Shown here in pieces: positions 12,833 to 25,712 of a DNA stretch of 64,000 bases (positions are counted from its first letter, which is position 1; every line of letters begins with the position of its first letter). This DNA is from Azolla caroliniana (Eukaryota > Plantae > Polypodiophyta), in NCBI GenBank assembly GCA_043228905.1, contig JBHGNT010000005.1, positions 19,964,001 through 20,028,000 of the forward strand. The letters are read 5' to 3'. The position numbers were made by a program, and so were the translations under genes. The notes beneath the pieces are model-generated. The model saw nothing but the letters and a program-made list of their open reading frames with translations. It had not been told where the DNA came from and made no database searches.

Positions 12833-15800
12833 AAGCTTTATTCGAAATGGATATGTGTGTTATCTAATTGTATTACCAAAAATGGATATGTATGTATCTA
12901 TTGTATGCAAGTGATACTACACAACAAATTTTGTTGAGCAGTTTTTATAAGTAATATAATGTTCAGCTTAAGCCGTATTTCATTTTATGCGTTGCTTGTG
13001 CACAATATCATTGTATTTACATGAATGCTTAAGCCATATTTCATTTTATGTGTTGCTCATGCATGATATCATTGTATTTACATTAATGTCATGCTTTAAG
13101 CCTTCAATCAAGTTGTTGTTGTCATAATAGTCAGAATAATAGTCATAGAGATTAGTCTTTGTGTTGTCTATAAGGATTAAGATCATCTTTGTACATTCAA
13201 GTTAGTCTATAAAAGGATTGAGATGACATTGTGAAGCTAAAGAGCATGTATTTTACACTCGATGTGTAGTACTTTGTATGAGAATGGTATTTATATAAGT
13301 TATTGCCATTCAAAGGATGTTTCAAGCAACTAGAAATTGTTGTGAAATAGGTCCCTCCGGATGGGAAGTAAAGCACGAGCCAGATTGGAGTCCAAAGAAC
13401 CAACTATGGATAGGAGGAGCCAGCATCGGATGGGAAGCAGAGCACAAGCTGGATCAGTTGGATCTGAGGAAGAAGAAAAACCGGATCCAGATAGGTATCT
13501 GAAAAAGGTCATATTTGTAAATAGGTTTTATTGTGCCTATTTGGGCTAGAATTGTAAATAGCCCTAAAGTTGTATTAGTATAAATACAACTAGGGCAAAT
13601 CAGTATGGATATATGATGATAGTTGTTGTTGGTTGTTGTCTCTGTAACTAAGTGAGTGTAAGTGAAAGAGAGTGAGACAGTGAGAGTGTCTCCTCTATAA
13701 CCGTTGGTCTAACGAAGAAGAGCTCAAGGTCGTTGCCTTGCAATTTCTTGTTGTATTCCTTTTCTTTTTCCCTTTAGTGATATAGTTCGGAGTTTGTGAA
13801 CTCTTCTGGTTTTTCCCTTTTAGGGTTTTCCACGTAAAAGTACTTGTTCTTTGTGCTTTTGTTTTTCTGTCATTTGTGAAAAACATATGCGTGTAAACGT
13901 ATGTGAGGACCTGTTGGTTATGCTCATCAAACAACACAGAGGGAAGGCAAGAAGATATAGACAAATGATAGATGAAAGCTTTAATGGAAGCTCTCTTTAT
14001 TTCTATTCTCTCCCCCCCTCCCCCCCCCCCCCCCCCCCCCTCTCTCTCTCTTAGAGACTCAATGTACAGGATGATCAAGTGATCTCTGCTTTACAACGTT
14101 AGGTTATCGCTTATATACTAAGCCCTAACTATATGGACGAGTTCACACTAGGATACAAAGTGGAAGGAGTCGGCCTTTTATGCCAACAAACTCCCCCGTA
14201 AAAGGAATACTCTTTCCTACATTTAGATGTGTTTAGGATTGTCTCCCTTGTAAACCTAGATTACAACATTAATCTAGATTTATGTTACAAGTCAGTCGAC
14301 ATATAGTCGAGTCGGCATAGGTGAGGTCTGTGTCGAGCCTAGCATGGTTCATTATCATGATTGATTTGGTCGAGTCTTACTTTCTGCTCCTCGTTCGGCT
14401 TTCTTTTGCTCGGTCGCTTGTTGTAGTCCCATCTTTGTCCTTAGTGCTCCGAAGTTATGGTCTAGGAGTGGCTTTGTCAGGCAATCGATGATGTTCATCT
14501 GGGTGTCGATCTTCCGCACTTCGAGCCTCTTCTCAGTTATAAGCTCCCGAATGTGATGATACCGTACCTCAATGTGCTTCATCTTTGTGTGATAGACGGA
14601 ATTGTTAATGGGGTGAATTGTGCTCTACGAGTCGCAATAGATTGTCGGCGTTGGTCGGTCGATTCAGCTTGTAGATGAGAAGTTGGCAAACAGTCGATGC
14701 AGCCATATCGCTTCCTTCGTTGCCTTTGATGCTACTATTTACTCGGCCTCTGTGGTCGACAAGGTCGTACACTCTTGAAGCTTCGACCTCCATGATATCG
14801 CACCACCACCATAGGTGAAAATAAAGCCTGATGTTGACTTCCGATTGTCCGTATTTTCGGCATAGTCGGAGTTAGTGTAGCCTTCGACTTCGGCTGAGGT
14901 TGTCAAACTGAAAGTCAACTAGTATGTATCTTCGGTCCCTCTCAGGTACCTGAAGATGTGCTTGACGGCTTCCCAATGCTTCCGTCCTGGTTTTGACATG
15001 TACCGGCTAACCACTCCTATGACATAGGCTAGGTCGGGTCGGGTCGCTACCATTGTATACGTGATACTTCCTAGGGCCGATGCATAGGACATCTTTCCAT
15101 TAAGCTCTCTCTCCTTGTTCGTGGAAGGAGAGTCTGTCTGATAGTCGGATCGACGTCGGAAGCAGTGTTGGTGCTGGCTTCGCATTCAACATGTTAAAGC
15201 GCCTTAGCACCTTCTGGATATAGTCGGACTGGGAGAGTCAGAGAGTCTTGGTCGTCTAATTTCGCTCGATCCTCATGGCATTGCCTAGTATGTGATGGGC
15301 TTGTCCGAGTTCTTTTATCGCGAACTTGTCGTGAAGGCTCCGCTTCAACTTTCCGATCTATGCTTGATTGCTTCCTGCAATCAACATGTCATCGTCATAT
15401 AGGATCAAATAAATCCTAGACTTGTCGGCTAATTGCCGAACATACATACATGGGTCGGAGTCAGATCGGCGGTATCCAAGCTGCCTAATGTAGGAGTCGA
15501 ACTTTTGGTACCACATCCTCGGCGCTTGTTTCAAGACATAGAGACTTTTCTTCAGTCGACATACGAGGTGACTTTCCTCCCTCGTCGCCGTGAAGCCTGC
15601 TGGTTGAGACATGTAGATATCTTCTTCCAAATCTCTGTGTAGGAATGTAATCTTTACATCCAGTTGCTCCAACTCTAGGTCTTCTGTTACCACAACTCCT
15701 AGTAAGGGTCAAAGGGTGGTCATCTTGACTACTGGTGAGAATATCTCGTCGTAGTCGACTCCATGTTCTTGTTTGAACCCTTCTGCGACAAGCCGAGCTT

Positions 15801-17073
15801 TGTACTTGGGTTTCTCTGAGTCTGATACATATTTGTATCAGAAAACCCATTTTGCAAGGTCACGACTTTCTTCCAGCTGGTAGTTCGACCAACTCCCATG
15901 TCTGATTCTTGTGAATCGAGTCCATTTCGGATTTCATGGCTTGGAGCCATGTTTCGACATCCGTTGCGGCCATAGCTTCTTCATGAGTGATTGGTTTGCT
16001 TGCATCGGTGTAGTTGACGTAGTCAAGGCCCGGTTGAAAAAACTCTATTGGCCTTCGAGCTCGTCCAGATCTCCTAGGTGCCGAGACAAGTGGTTCGAAT
16101 TCTTCGATCGGCCCTGTTGGTCGATCGGTATGTGTTGAACCATTTGTGTCAGGAGTGTTGTTAGGTGACCTGTCCCCAAATCGGGATTTCGGTGGTGTCA
16201 CGTTGTCCTCCCCTATAGACTTTGTTGACTCGGTTCTGTTTCCTACTCACATCTTATTGACTTTGCCTTGTTCGACTCTTGTCGAATCGGCTCTATCTTT
16301 GATGGCTTTGTCTTCGAGTTCGACTATTGGACCTATTGCCGATTCGGAGTTGGCAGGTATATTGTTGGCTTGTTCAAGTTCAACTGTTTGTCAAATCTCT
16401 GATTCGGCTGGGTGGGATGGTCCTTCTACAACATCTCTGTCGACTTCGAACGATACCTTTTTACCAACTATTTTCTGTTGGTTCCGCTAAGAGAAGATAG
16501 AGTCTTCATTGAAGACTACAACACTCCTCCGGATTAGTTTCCGGTGTCGTGAAGAAAATCGGCCATAGGCGGAATCGGAGAGAAAGCGTGTAAACCGGCC
16601 CCTACACGGATGGACGCGTGACTGGATTCTTTGTACGCGAACAGGTGGATGTGACTACTAAGCCACACACATTTATTAGAGGGGATTGTGCGTATCCCCA
16701 AAGAGGGACAGGGAATAAAAGGCAAGAGGAGAAAGAAAAGGATATCGCGCGTGAGGGAGAAGGGAAGCGCTGCTACAGAAGGGAAGCCGAGCTCTCTCTC
16801 TACTCCTTGAGCCGTCGTTCTCTGTGGGTCCGTCGCCGCCTGTGGGAGTGCATTGCCTCTGCTTTGTGGACAGCCCGTGTGCTTCCAGCAGAGTCGCTCC
16901 CTTTTCCCTTTGTTTCTTGGAGTCGGGTGACTGTCGTCGGTGTGTGTGAGTAGGGTCCCCATGTCGGGTCCGTCGCCGCCACGTCGGTCGTAACTGTTAG
17001 GGATTGTAATCTCTTGTCATTATAATTAAGTGTTACGATTCTATCTCTTTCCTTCTCGCTTTTCGTGTCAATG

Positions 17074-17108
<35 letters not shown>

Positions 17109-17172
17109 TCGGTCCAAGACCCTCGTGGTCCCGCCCCTTTCCACATGTACGCGCGTAATAACGTGACATCTT

Positions 17173-17190
17173 TGGTGAACCCGACGTGAA
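17173..17190 (+). promoter_or_regulatory. Primer-binding site complementary to the tRNA-Trp 3' end
   Basis: tggtgaacccgacgtgaa is the reverse complement of ttcacgtcgggttcacca, the plant cytosolic tRNA-Trp 3' end as recalled. Confidence 0.85.
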
Positions 17191-17212
17191 GAGGCGGCAA
17201 AGGAGTTGAAAG

Positions 17213-19345
17213 ATGAGGGGATCGGAGCTAGCGGAGGCAATGGCGGTGGCCGCCGATCGGCTGGTGAGCGCTCGTGAGGGAACGGGTACCCTCGACAGAG
17301 CCATTGAATCGATCTTCGGCTCTATAGGCCGTTTCGGAGGGAAAGACGCCACAAGTTATTTGGAGGCTTACCGGGCCGAAATGATCATGAGGGATATCCC
17401 GGTGGACAGGCGGATGTCCGGATTCCCTCGGGTGGTGACGCCGGGCATCCATGCGGAGGTGCTCGAGGTGTTGGCCGGATGCCAGACTTGGGAGGAGTTC
17501 GAGCTGCAGCTCCTCGAGAAGTACGGGTTTGACGACTCGCTCTGGCTGTCGAGGCGGGACTTCATGGCGTGGGTGGAAAGCCCCGGAAAAGGGAGGAACA
17601 CGTCGGTGCTCCTCCAGGAGTTCGAAAAATGGTTCGCGCGGCTGTCGACGTTGGACCAGATGGTGCTCGAAACAAGTCGAGTGTTGTTGTTTGTCAAGTT
17701 GGTGGATGCGCTCGACAGGGAAAAGGTGGGTCCCCTACTAGAAACAGACGAAGGGCTCACGATGGATTGGGCCGTGGTAAAACAGGTCTGCAGCCGTTTC
17801 GACAAACGGCGCGATTGGAGCGACGGAAGCACGTCGGGGTCGGGACCGGTCCCAGGGAGGAGGCTCGAGGAGCCGGTTTCGGTGCCGGCTGGGAAGAAGG
17901 AAGAGACCCGAATCTAGCCGGAGTCGGGGTCGGCATCGAGCGACGTGGTCAGAGGCCCATCCGGAGGCGCGGCTCTGGAGGAGCTAACACAGATGGTGCG
18001 CGACTTGCAGATCGCACAGGCCCGGAGAGACAGCGGTGAACAACCTCGCGACCGGAGGCCGCCGGCTTGGCAGTGGTGCATGTGGTGTGACACGATCAGT
18101 CACATTCGGAAGGATTGCGCGGATTTCGCCGACGCGCTCAGGACCAACGTGGTGTACCTCTGGAACGGGTGGGTGCATGCGAGCGAGACCCAGAGAGCCC
18201 TAGAACTGAATACGGGGCGCGGCGGAATGAAGAGGTTAATGGAAGAGGCCGCGGCACGGCACGTCGAAGCCGTTAACTACTCAGTGTCGGCGGGAATTCG
18301 GGTTGGGGGTGATGAGACCCGGAAGGCGAAGGACTCCGGATTCTGGCCGCTAGTGCTAGAAGGCCTCTCTGGAGTTCGGCTGAGGAAGGAAGAGGCGGAC
18401 CGCGCGGAACAGCGGGTCCAAGAGGTCACCGGTTGGGACGATCCGGTCGAAGAGAAAACGGGCTTCGTAGAAGCCGCTTGCCAGAACTACGAGGTTCTGG
18501 TGGAGAACAAACGGGCAGGAAAGGCCGGAGGGGTTGGCCCCCCGAGGTATGAGACCCAGTTTGGACCGAAACCGACCGGTGCCGGCAGCCCAGGCGTGCC
18601 GGATGGGAAGAAGCAGGCAGGGTTTCGGTTGAGCACCGAAATCGAGAGAGCAACGAACCTACGGAAGGTCCTTGAAGAGCGAATCCTCGACAGTAAAGTG
18701 GAGCTGTCGTTGCGGGAGGTGCTGGGAATCGCCAAGAGGGAGTTCCACGACTCTATCGTAGACTTGGTGAAGCGGAAGAGGCTATCGACGGAGTCGGAAC
18801 TGGAGAAGCCGGTGGAAGTGCGGACCACGCACCTGGAAGACGGAGCCTTGGAAGATGAGCTAGCGGGAAGCCACTACACGAAGCCGCATTGGGCCAGGGC
18901 GACTACGGAAACCCCAGTACGGATCGGCAATGTTCTGGAACCAGTGGTGACGTTGGTAGACCATGGATCCGAAATCAACCTGATGTCCATGGATTTCTAC
19001 AAGAAGGGTAAATGGCCGATCAACACCAAGCATGGCTGGAAGATACGGGCAGCGACGCGCGCCACGGAAGAACTACATGGGGCCTGTCCGAACGTACGGG
19101 TGAAAATCGGCGATGTCGAGATCGACCAGCACTTCTTCGTGCAGGAAACGTTCTCATATCCGGTTATACTGGGAGAACCATATATCACGGCGGCACGGAT
19201 GGAGACCAAGGTGCTGGACAACAGTTCAGCCTATGCAAGAGTCAAGAGCCAGGACGGGCGTCACTCGGTCCAGTTCCTAACGGTGCGACCAAACCACGAG
19301 CGTAACCGCGAGGCCCTCGGCAGCGAAACCCGAGGGGATTTTTAG
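17213..19345 (+). pseudogene. gag-protease ORF of Gypsy C (one premature TAG at 17915)
   Basis: ORFs 17213-17917 and 17945-19345 share a frame; CCHC knuckle CMWCDTISHIRKDC; aspartic protease LVDHGSEINL..VILGEPY. Confidence 0.85.
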
Positions 19346-22300
19346 AGAGGGTTGTCAAGGCGTGCGGCCGTGATAGTCCGGACACCCGGGAAGAACCCCA
19401 CAAATGTACAGTACGGAAGAAGACCTGTACCATAGGTAGGAAATTTTGGTTCTCCGACAGCGGAGGTTGTACTATAACCAGCGTCAGCGGTAGGGAGAGG
19501 AAGCGAGCGGAGGAGTGGCTCAGGGGATGCGGAGTCCTCTTCCCCGACGAGGGCATCAGCGGCGTCGTGGAGGCGGTCTCTTTTGACGACACCTTGGGCG
19601 AACTACGAAAGGTGATCGGTGAAGACCTTAGAGAAGACCGGACCGTTCCGGTGGGGTCAATGGGAATGTACGAAGTCATCGCAGACTTCGGGGAAAGGAT
19701 CGGGTCGGATCGGACGGCCCACGTGGGTACGAAATACAAGACTGTGGACCGGAAGGTGAGGCCAGTCGCGGCACCCTTTCTGGAGGGCAGCGAGGAGTGG
19801 ATAAAGGGGGTTGCGTCGGACCCAAGTTTACGAAATCCGGCTGGCATAGGGCACTGGTTCACCGACATAACGCTACGGGAGCTCAAGGTCGATGGGGGCG
19901 GCTTCCTACTGCCGGTGGAGGAGGACCGGTTTCGGAGAATGCTCGGGAGGCACGAGAAGGCTTTTGCATTCTCACCATAGGAGATCGGGTGCGTAGACCC
20001 GACAGTTGTCGAACCGATGGTGATCTTCACGGTATCGCATGTACCGTGGAATCTCAAGCCGATTCCAGTGTCGAGAGCTCACATCCCGAAGTTGATGGAG
20101 CTCCTAAAGCAAAAGGTGGAGATGGGCATCCTCAAACCGTCGAGTGCCCCATATTTGAATCGGTGGTTTACGGTGCCGAAGAAGAACGGCACGTTGCGCT
20201 TCATCCAGAACCTACAACCGGTCAACAAGGTGACCATCCGTAACGCAGGGATCGGACCGACCATAGACGAGTTCGCGGAGGCCTTCGCTGGAAGGTCGAT
20301 CTATTCTGTCGGTGATCTGTACTCAGGGTACGATCAGTTCCAACTAGCTGTGGAGAGCAGAGACATTATGACGATGCGGACTCCTCTCGGCCTGGTGCGG
20401 ATGTGTACCCTGCCACAAGGAGGGACGAACTCGGTGGCTCACATGGTGAACGCGATGAACAAAGTGCTCAGGGATTGTATCCCGGACATCACCATGCCGT
20501 TCTTAGACGACATCCCGATCGGATGCTCGGTGGAGAAAAGGGACGAGGCAATCGGGCCGGACGGATGTCGGAATTTCGTGGCGTCCCACATCGATGACTG
20601 CGAGAAGGTGCTGCAGAGACTAGAGTGCGCGAGGCTCACCTTCTCCGGGGAAAAGTCGGCCTTCGGACAGTCGGAGATCTTGGTGGTCGGACACCTGTGC
20701 GGGCCTTACAGTAGGAAACCGTCTCCGACAAAGGTAGAGGCCATCTCTGCGATGAGGAACGTTTGCGGGTCGGTCACGGAGGTCCGCAGATTCTTGGGGC
20801 TTGCGTGTTCTACCACATCTGGATCCCGCACTACGCACATGTCGCGGAACCCCTCTACGGACTATTAAAAAAGGGGCGTAGCTTTGAGTGGAGGACAGAG
20901 CACACGGAGTCGGTTCGGAGACTAAAGGAGGCGCTTACGGCAGCGCCGGCTCTCCGTAAAGCGGTTTACGGCAAGGATGTTCCCATCTGCGTAACGGTGG
21001 ACACCAGCCCGATCGGGATTGGGTGGGTAATCAGTCAGGAGGACAAGGGCGGCGCACGATTCCTGATCCGGTTCGGGGCGAAGGTATTGAGCGAGCGGCA
21101 GCGAGGGTACGCCCAAGTTAAGCACGAACTTTGGGGTGTCGTTTCGGCGGTCAAGGCCGATAAGGATTATCTAATCGGGACGGAGGTGATTATCGAGACG
21201 GACTGCCTGCCGATACTCGGCATGGTTTCCGGATGCGCGACGCCGGACCTAGCAATGCTCCGGTGGATAGCGTACATTAAGTCCCTGAACCCGGAGATAC
21301 GACACATCTCCGGAAAGGACAACGCCATGGTCGACATGCTTTCGAGGGCAAGGTTCAACGACGAAGATGGCATGGTTTCGGAAGACGAAGAAGTCGGCGA
21401 GGACTTCTTCGGGTCGGTTAACGTAACGACGAGGAAAGGGAACACTCCGGCGTTTAACGAATTTGACGAAAGCAGGTACGACGGGGAGTGGCTCCAAATC
21501 AGGAGGTTCCTACGGACGATGACGCCGGACGCAGCGTGGGCGAGAGAGGAGGCGAGCCGGATATGGAGGAAGGCGTACCGATTCTTCCTGCGGGACGGGT
21601 GCATATGGAGGCACCCAAAGAAGAGAAGCGGCATTCCACTCCGAGTAGTGGCAAAGAAAGAAGAACAGGGGAAACTACTGATGGCATTTCACGAGAGCCC
21701 CTGGGCCGGACACCGTGGAACGTGGGCCACTTTCGAGAAGCTGAAGGAGAAGTAGTGGTGGTCGGGGCTGTACCAGGACGTGCATCGGTTCGTAACGACT
21801 TGCGAGAGCTGTCAGATGCACTCCGTAGTCCGACACCGGGACGAGGTACACCCGACCTACCTGCCTACGGTCCATTTCAAGTGGATGGTGGACTTGGTGA
21901 CGATGCCGATGGGGGTAGGACAGATGCGATACCTGGTGCTTGCACGGGAAGACTTAACGAACCAGGTGGAAGGCCGTGCACTGCAAAGCAAGACAACCGC
22001 GGCGGTATACCGGTTCCTAATCGAAGAAGTTGTGTGTCGGTACGGGTGCGTCGGGAGGATCGTGGCGGATCGGGGAGAGCTGGATGCGCGGGAGGCCGAG
22101 GAGCTGTTCGACCAGCTGGGCGTCAAACTCTCCCTCACCACGGCGTACAATCCGGAGGCGAACGGAAAGGTGGAATGTGGGCACGGACTGATTGTAAAGG
22201 CGTTGGTGCGTGCATGCGGTGGGCAGGTCGGGAATTGGCCGCGACTCCTTCCTTACGCGCTATGGGCGGACCGGACTACGCACAGTTCGGTGACAGGGTT

Positions 22301-22805
22301 TATGCCAGCGGAGCTAATGTACGAACAAAAGCCGATCATGCCAGTGGAACGGACGGTTTCTTCGTGGACGGCGGTAGATTGGAAGGACGAAATGAGCCGG
22401 GAGGAGTTGCTGGCGGCGCGGATTCGGCAACTCGAGCGGAGGCCGGAGGACGTGATACAGGCGAAGGAAAAGTTGCGAGCGGCGAGGGAGCGTAACAAGA
22501 CCCGGTTCAACCGGACGCACCGGTTGCGACCAAAGAAGATCGAGGAAGGCGATTGGGTCTTGGTATACGACAGCAGCCTCGACAATCAGCACAAGGTGGT
22601 GCGAAAGTTTGCTAGGAGATGGTTCGGGCCCTACATGGTGACAAGCGCGAACGACAACGGCACGTACCACCTCGCGGAGCTCGACGGGACACGGTTAGCG
22701 GTGCCGGTGGCCGGAAAGCGGTTCAAAGACGAGCCGGAGCCTGCGAGCGGGAGCGACAACGACGATCAGTTCGGGTCCGGCGGAGAACCGGAGAGCAACG
22801 AGTGA
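19342..22805 (+). pseudogene. pol (RT-RNase H-integrase) of Gypsy C, with a few stops and a frameshift
   Basis: WFTVPKKNGTLRFIQNL, DLYSGYDQ, LPQG, FLDD; RNase H VDTSP..ETDC; integrase H..H..CESC, WMVDL, ADRG, YNPEANGKVE, WFGPY; no chromodomain. Confidence 0.9.
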
Positions 22806-24119
22806 GGCCGGGTTTCTTCGATGTCTACCCGTCTATGGCGCATACCGGTGGATGCGCGGTTTGGTGGGGGTGGATGTTGTGAAGAAAACCGGCCATAGGC
22901 GGAATCGGAGAGAAAGCGCATAAACCGGCCCCTACACGGATGGACGCGTGACTGGATTCTTTGTACGCGAACCGGTGGATGTGACTACTAAGCCACACGC
23001 ATTTATTAGAGGGGATTGTGTGTATCCCCAAAGAGGGACAGGGAATAAAAGGCAAGAGGAGAAAGAAAAGGATATCGTGTGCGAGGGAGAAGGGAAGTGC
23101 TGCTGCAAAAGGGAAGTCGAGCTCTCTCTCTACTCCTCGAACCGTCGTTCTCTGTGGGTCCATCGCCGCTTGTGGGAGTAAGTTGCCTCTGCTTCGTGGA
23201 CAGCCCGTGTACTTCCAGCAGAGTCGCTCCCTTTTCCCTTTGTTTCTTGGAGTCGGGTGACTGTCGTCGGTGTGCGTGAGTAGGGTCCCCATGTCGGGTC
23301 CGTCGCCGCCACGTCGGTTGTAATTGTCAAGGATTGTAATCTCTTGTCATTATAATTAAGTGTTACGATTCTATCTCTTTCCTTCTCACTTTTCGTGTTG
23401 GTGAATCTCTCTCTGTCTTTCTCTCTCTCGCTCCTCGGTCCAAGACCCCCGTGGTCCCACCCCTTTCCACACGTACCCACGTAATAACGTGACACCGGTA
23501 GGGTCCCATAGCCGGTAGCCAAAATCCTCATTGGTTCCATAACCGAGAAATATGCATTTCGTTGCATGGGGCTCCAACTTGGTCCTTTTCTCCCTAGGGA
23601 TGAATGTGTAGGCTTCGCATCCGAATACACGGAACCTAGCATGGTTCGATTGTTTGCCTGACCATATTGCATGTGGCACTTCGAGCTTGGTTTCCTTCGA
23701 TGGTGATAGATTTACCAAGTATACTGCCGTCTGCAATGCTTCAACCCAGAACTCCAGCTTCAATCCAACTTGTTGGAGCATTGCCATCTCTCTCTCCTAG
23801 ATCGTTCGGTTGATCTATTCTCCCACTCCATTATGCATGGGTGTGTAAGGAACGGTCTTTTGATGTCGGATTCCTTTGTTGGACAGGTACTGCTTGAAGG
23901 CTCTGAAGGTATATTCACCTCCGTTGTCGGATCCGAGTGTCTAAACACTCTGTGTCCCGACCGATTCTCCACTTCAGATGTCTACCAAGTGAAGACCTCG
24001 AGCGCTTCGTCTTTGGACCTTATCGAGTAAGCCCAGACCTTCCGTGTACAGTCATCGACAAAGGTGATGAAGTACCAGGAGCCTCCTAGTGATCGCTCTG
24101 GCATGGGCCCACATATATC

Positions 24120-25712
24120 TGTGGTTTTTTAAGATTGCTTAAAGTGTGTGGCACTCCATCAGGGGCTGTTTGGGGTGGACTCAAGTTTAGATCTTATTTG
24201 TATGTCTAAACCTAAGTAGTGATATAGTTTTAGGGGAATAGAAAAGCGAGGGCGTGGGTGGGGGTTAGGGAAGTGTAGCTTGTTTAAGATATCAAAAGTA
24301 TTTAAACCTAATCAAAGTTTTTAGAACATATTAAAGATCATTGGGATAACTTAAGTTATTAAACACCAATAGAGTATTATTAAAACACAAATATGGAGTA
24401 TTATTAAAACGGGACCACACGCTTAGATGAAAGGGAGTTGTTTAAACACACGCTTAAACAAACACTTAAAAGAAAGAAAAAAGAGAGAGATTGAGATTAA
24501 AAAATGATTATAGTTAAGAAGGGATTATGATTAAGGGGGAAGGGGTTGCTTAAACAAAGTACTTAAACGAATGTTTAAACAAATACTTAGATAAGAAAAC
24601 TCTTGGGCAAACACTTAAAGCAAGGTTATGATTAAAAGAGAAGGGAGAGATTATGATTAAAGAAAAGGGGTCATGGCTAAGAAGACGATGATTATGATTA
24701 AGAGAGGGGAATACTTAAAAAAATGTTTAAACAAAAAGTTAGACCAAAAAATGATTGAACAAATACTTAAAAAAAGGGGTTAAACAAGTACTTAATAAAA
24801 AATGATTAAATAAATATTTAAAAACTTAAGACAAAAAATAAAGAAAGTGATTAAACAAGTACTTAATAAAAATTGATTAAATAAGTACTTAAGAACTTAA
24901 GACAAAAAACTAGATGAGAGCAACACATAGAAGGAAAGAAAGTTTTACTATCATAAGGCAACGATCGACAAATGCATTTCACCTCAATGGAGGCTCTTCA
25001 GTGCCCGATGTACAAATGATGAAAACTAACCCTACTAGGTTGCTCTTTTTATAGGGAGAGGGAGGAGATTCCTTTGTATGTGGGACATACAAAAGTGTGT
25101 ACAAAGGGAAGGTAAAAGAGTGTACACAAGACTTTAGGTGGGGGGAAAGGATGAGTGTACTAGGTGGTTTCTTAGTTTTTTACCATTTAGCCAACACGTG
25201 AGAGGGGTTGTAAGGTATTGTGGTTGTCCGAGAAGGGGTTTAAGTTTGTTTCTCACGAGCGCTCCGATTTGGAGTTTTTTGATACATGGGGAGTAACGAA
25301 GCTTAAAAACAATGGGTGGAGGTTTTTTGTTGTTGGGTTTGTTGGGTTGGTTAGAGAGTAGTTGGTTTCGTATGGAGTAGGGGACGGTCGAAAAACACTT
25401 GAGTAGGAACTTCGACGGGTAGCCCCTAGCTCTTAGGCGGTCGTATAAATTTTTGCGTAGTTCCATGTAGCCATTTTCCGAGCTCTCCCGGATAGCATAC
25501 CATTTTAGTTCTCCCGTGATGAAGCCCTTTTTGTGTGCTATGGGGTGCGAGGATTTCCACGGGAGGTACATGTAGGCATTGAGAGGTTTTTGGTGGCATG
25601 CAATGTTGAGGATGCTGAATTCTTTAAAGTATAGGCCCTTGAAGAAGAAGACGTTCAGGATGGTGATCTCTTTAAGGGAGGTTGTTGATTCAATACGGAT
25701 GTGTTGTTGGTG
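24120..25712 (-). mobile_element. 5'-truncated Penelope-like retroelement inserted in the integrase of Copia B
   Basis: ORF 25134-25727(-) carries PLE RT thumb motifs HQKPLNAYMYLPWKSSHP..KKGFITGEL..RLRARGYP; the insert splits the host LELVHSD/ICGP motif; atc at both junctions; AT-rich repetitive 3' region. Confidence 0.8.
24964..25009 (-). ncRNA. Minimal type I hammerhead ribozyme motif (probably decayed)
   Basis: Minus strand reads ATCGGGCA-CTGAAGA-GCCTC CATT GAGGT-GAAA-TGCA-TT-TGTCGAT: CUGAnGA and GAAA cores, stem II, palindromic stem III, AUU site and stem I. Confidence 0.75.

Larger units (their letters stand above)
16545..23494 (+). mobile_element. Ty3/Gypsy element C, non-chromoviral, tRNA-Trp-primed, near full length
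   Basis: LTRs 16545-17168 and 22875-23494 (TG..CA); 4-bp TSD ccgg; PBS 17173-17190; G-rich tract ggtttggtgggggtgga before the 3' LTR; domain order gag-PR-RT-RH-INT. Confidence 0.95.

Noticed and set aside
24145-24175. Second hammerhead-like core (minus-strand CTGATGG)
   Set aside because: Lacks CUGAnGA and a properly placed GAAA and stems
24225-24272. Telomere-like tttaggg/ttaggg near the PLE 3' end
   Set aside because: Isolated single units, not an array, and not at the junction
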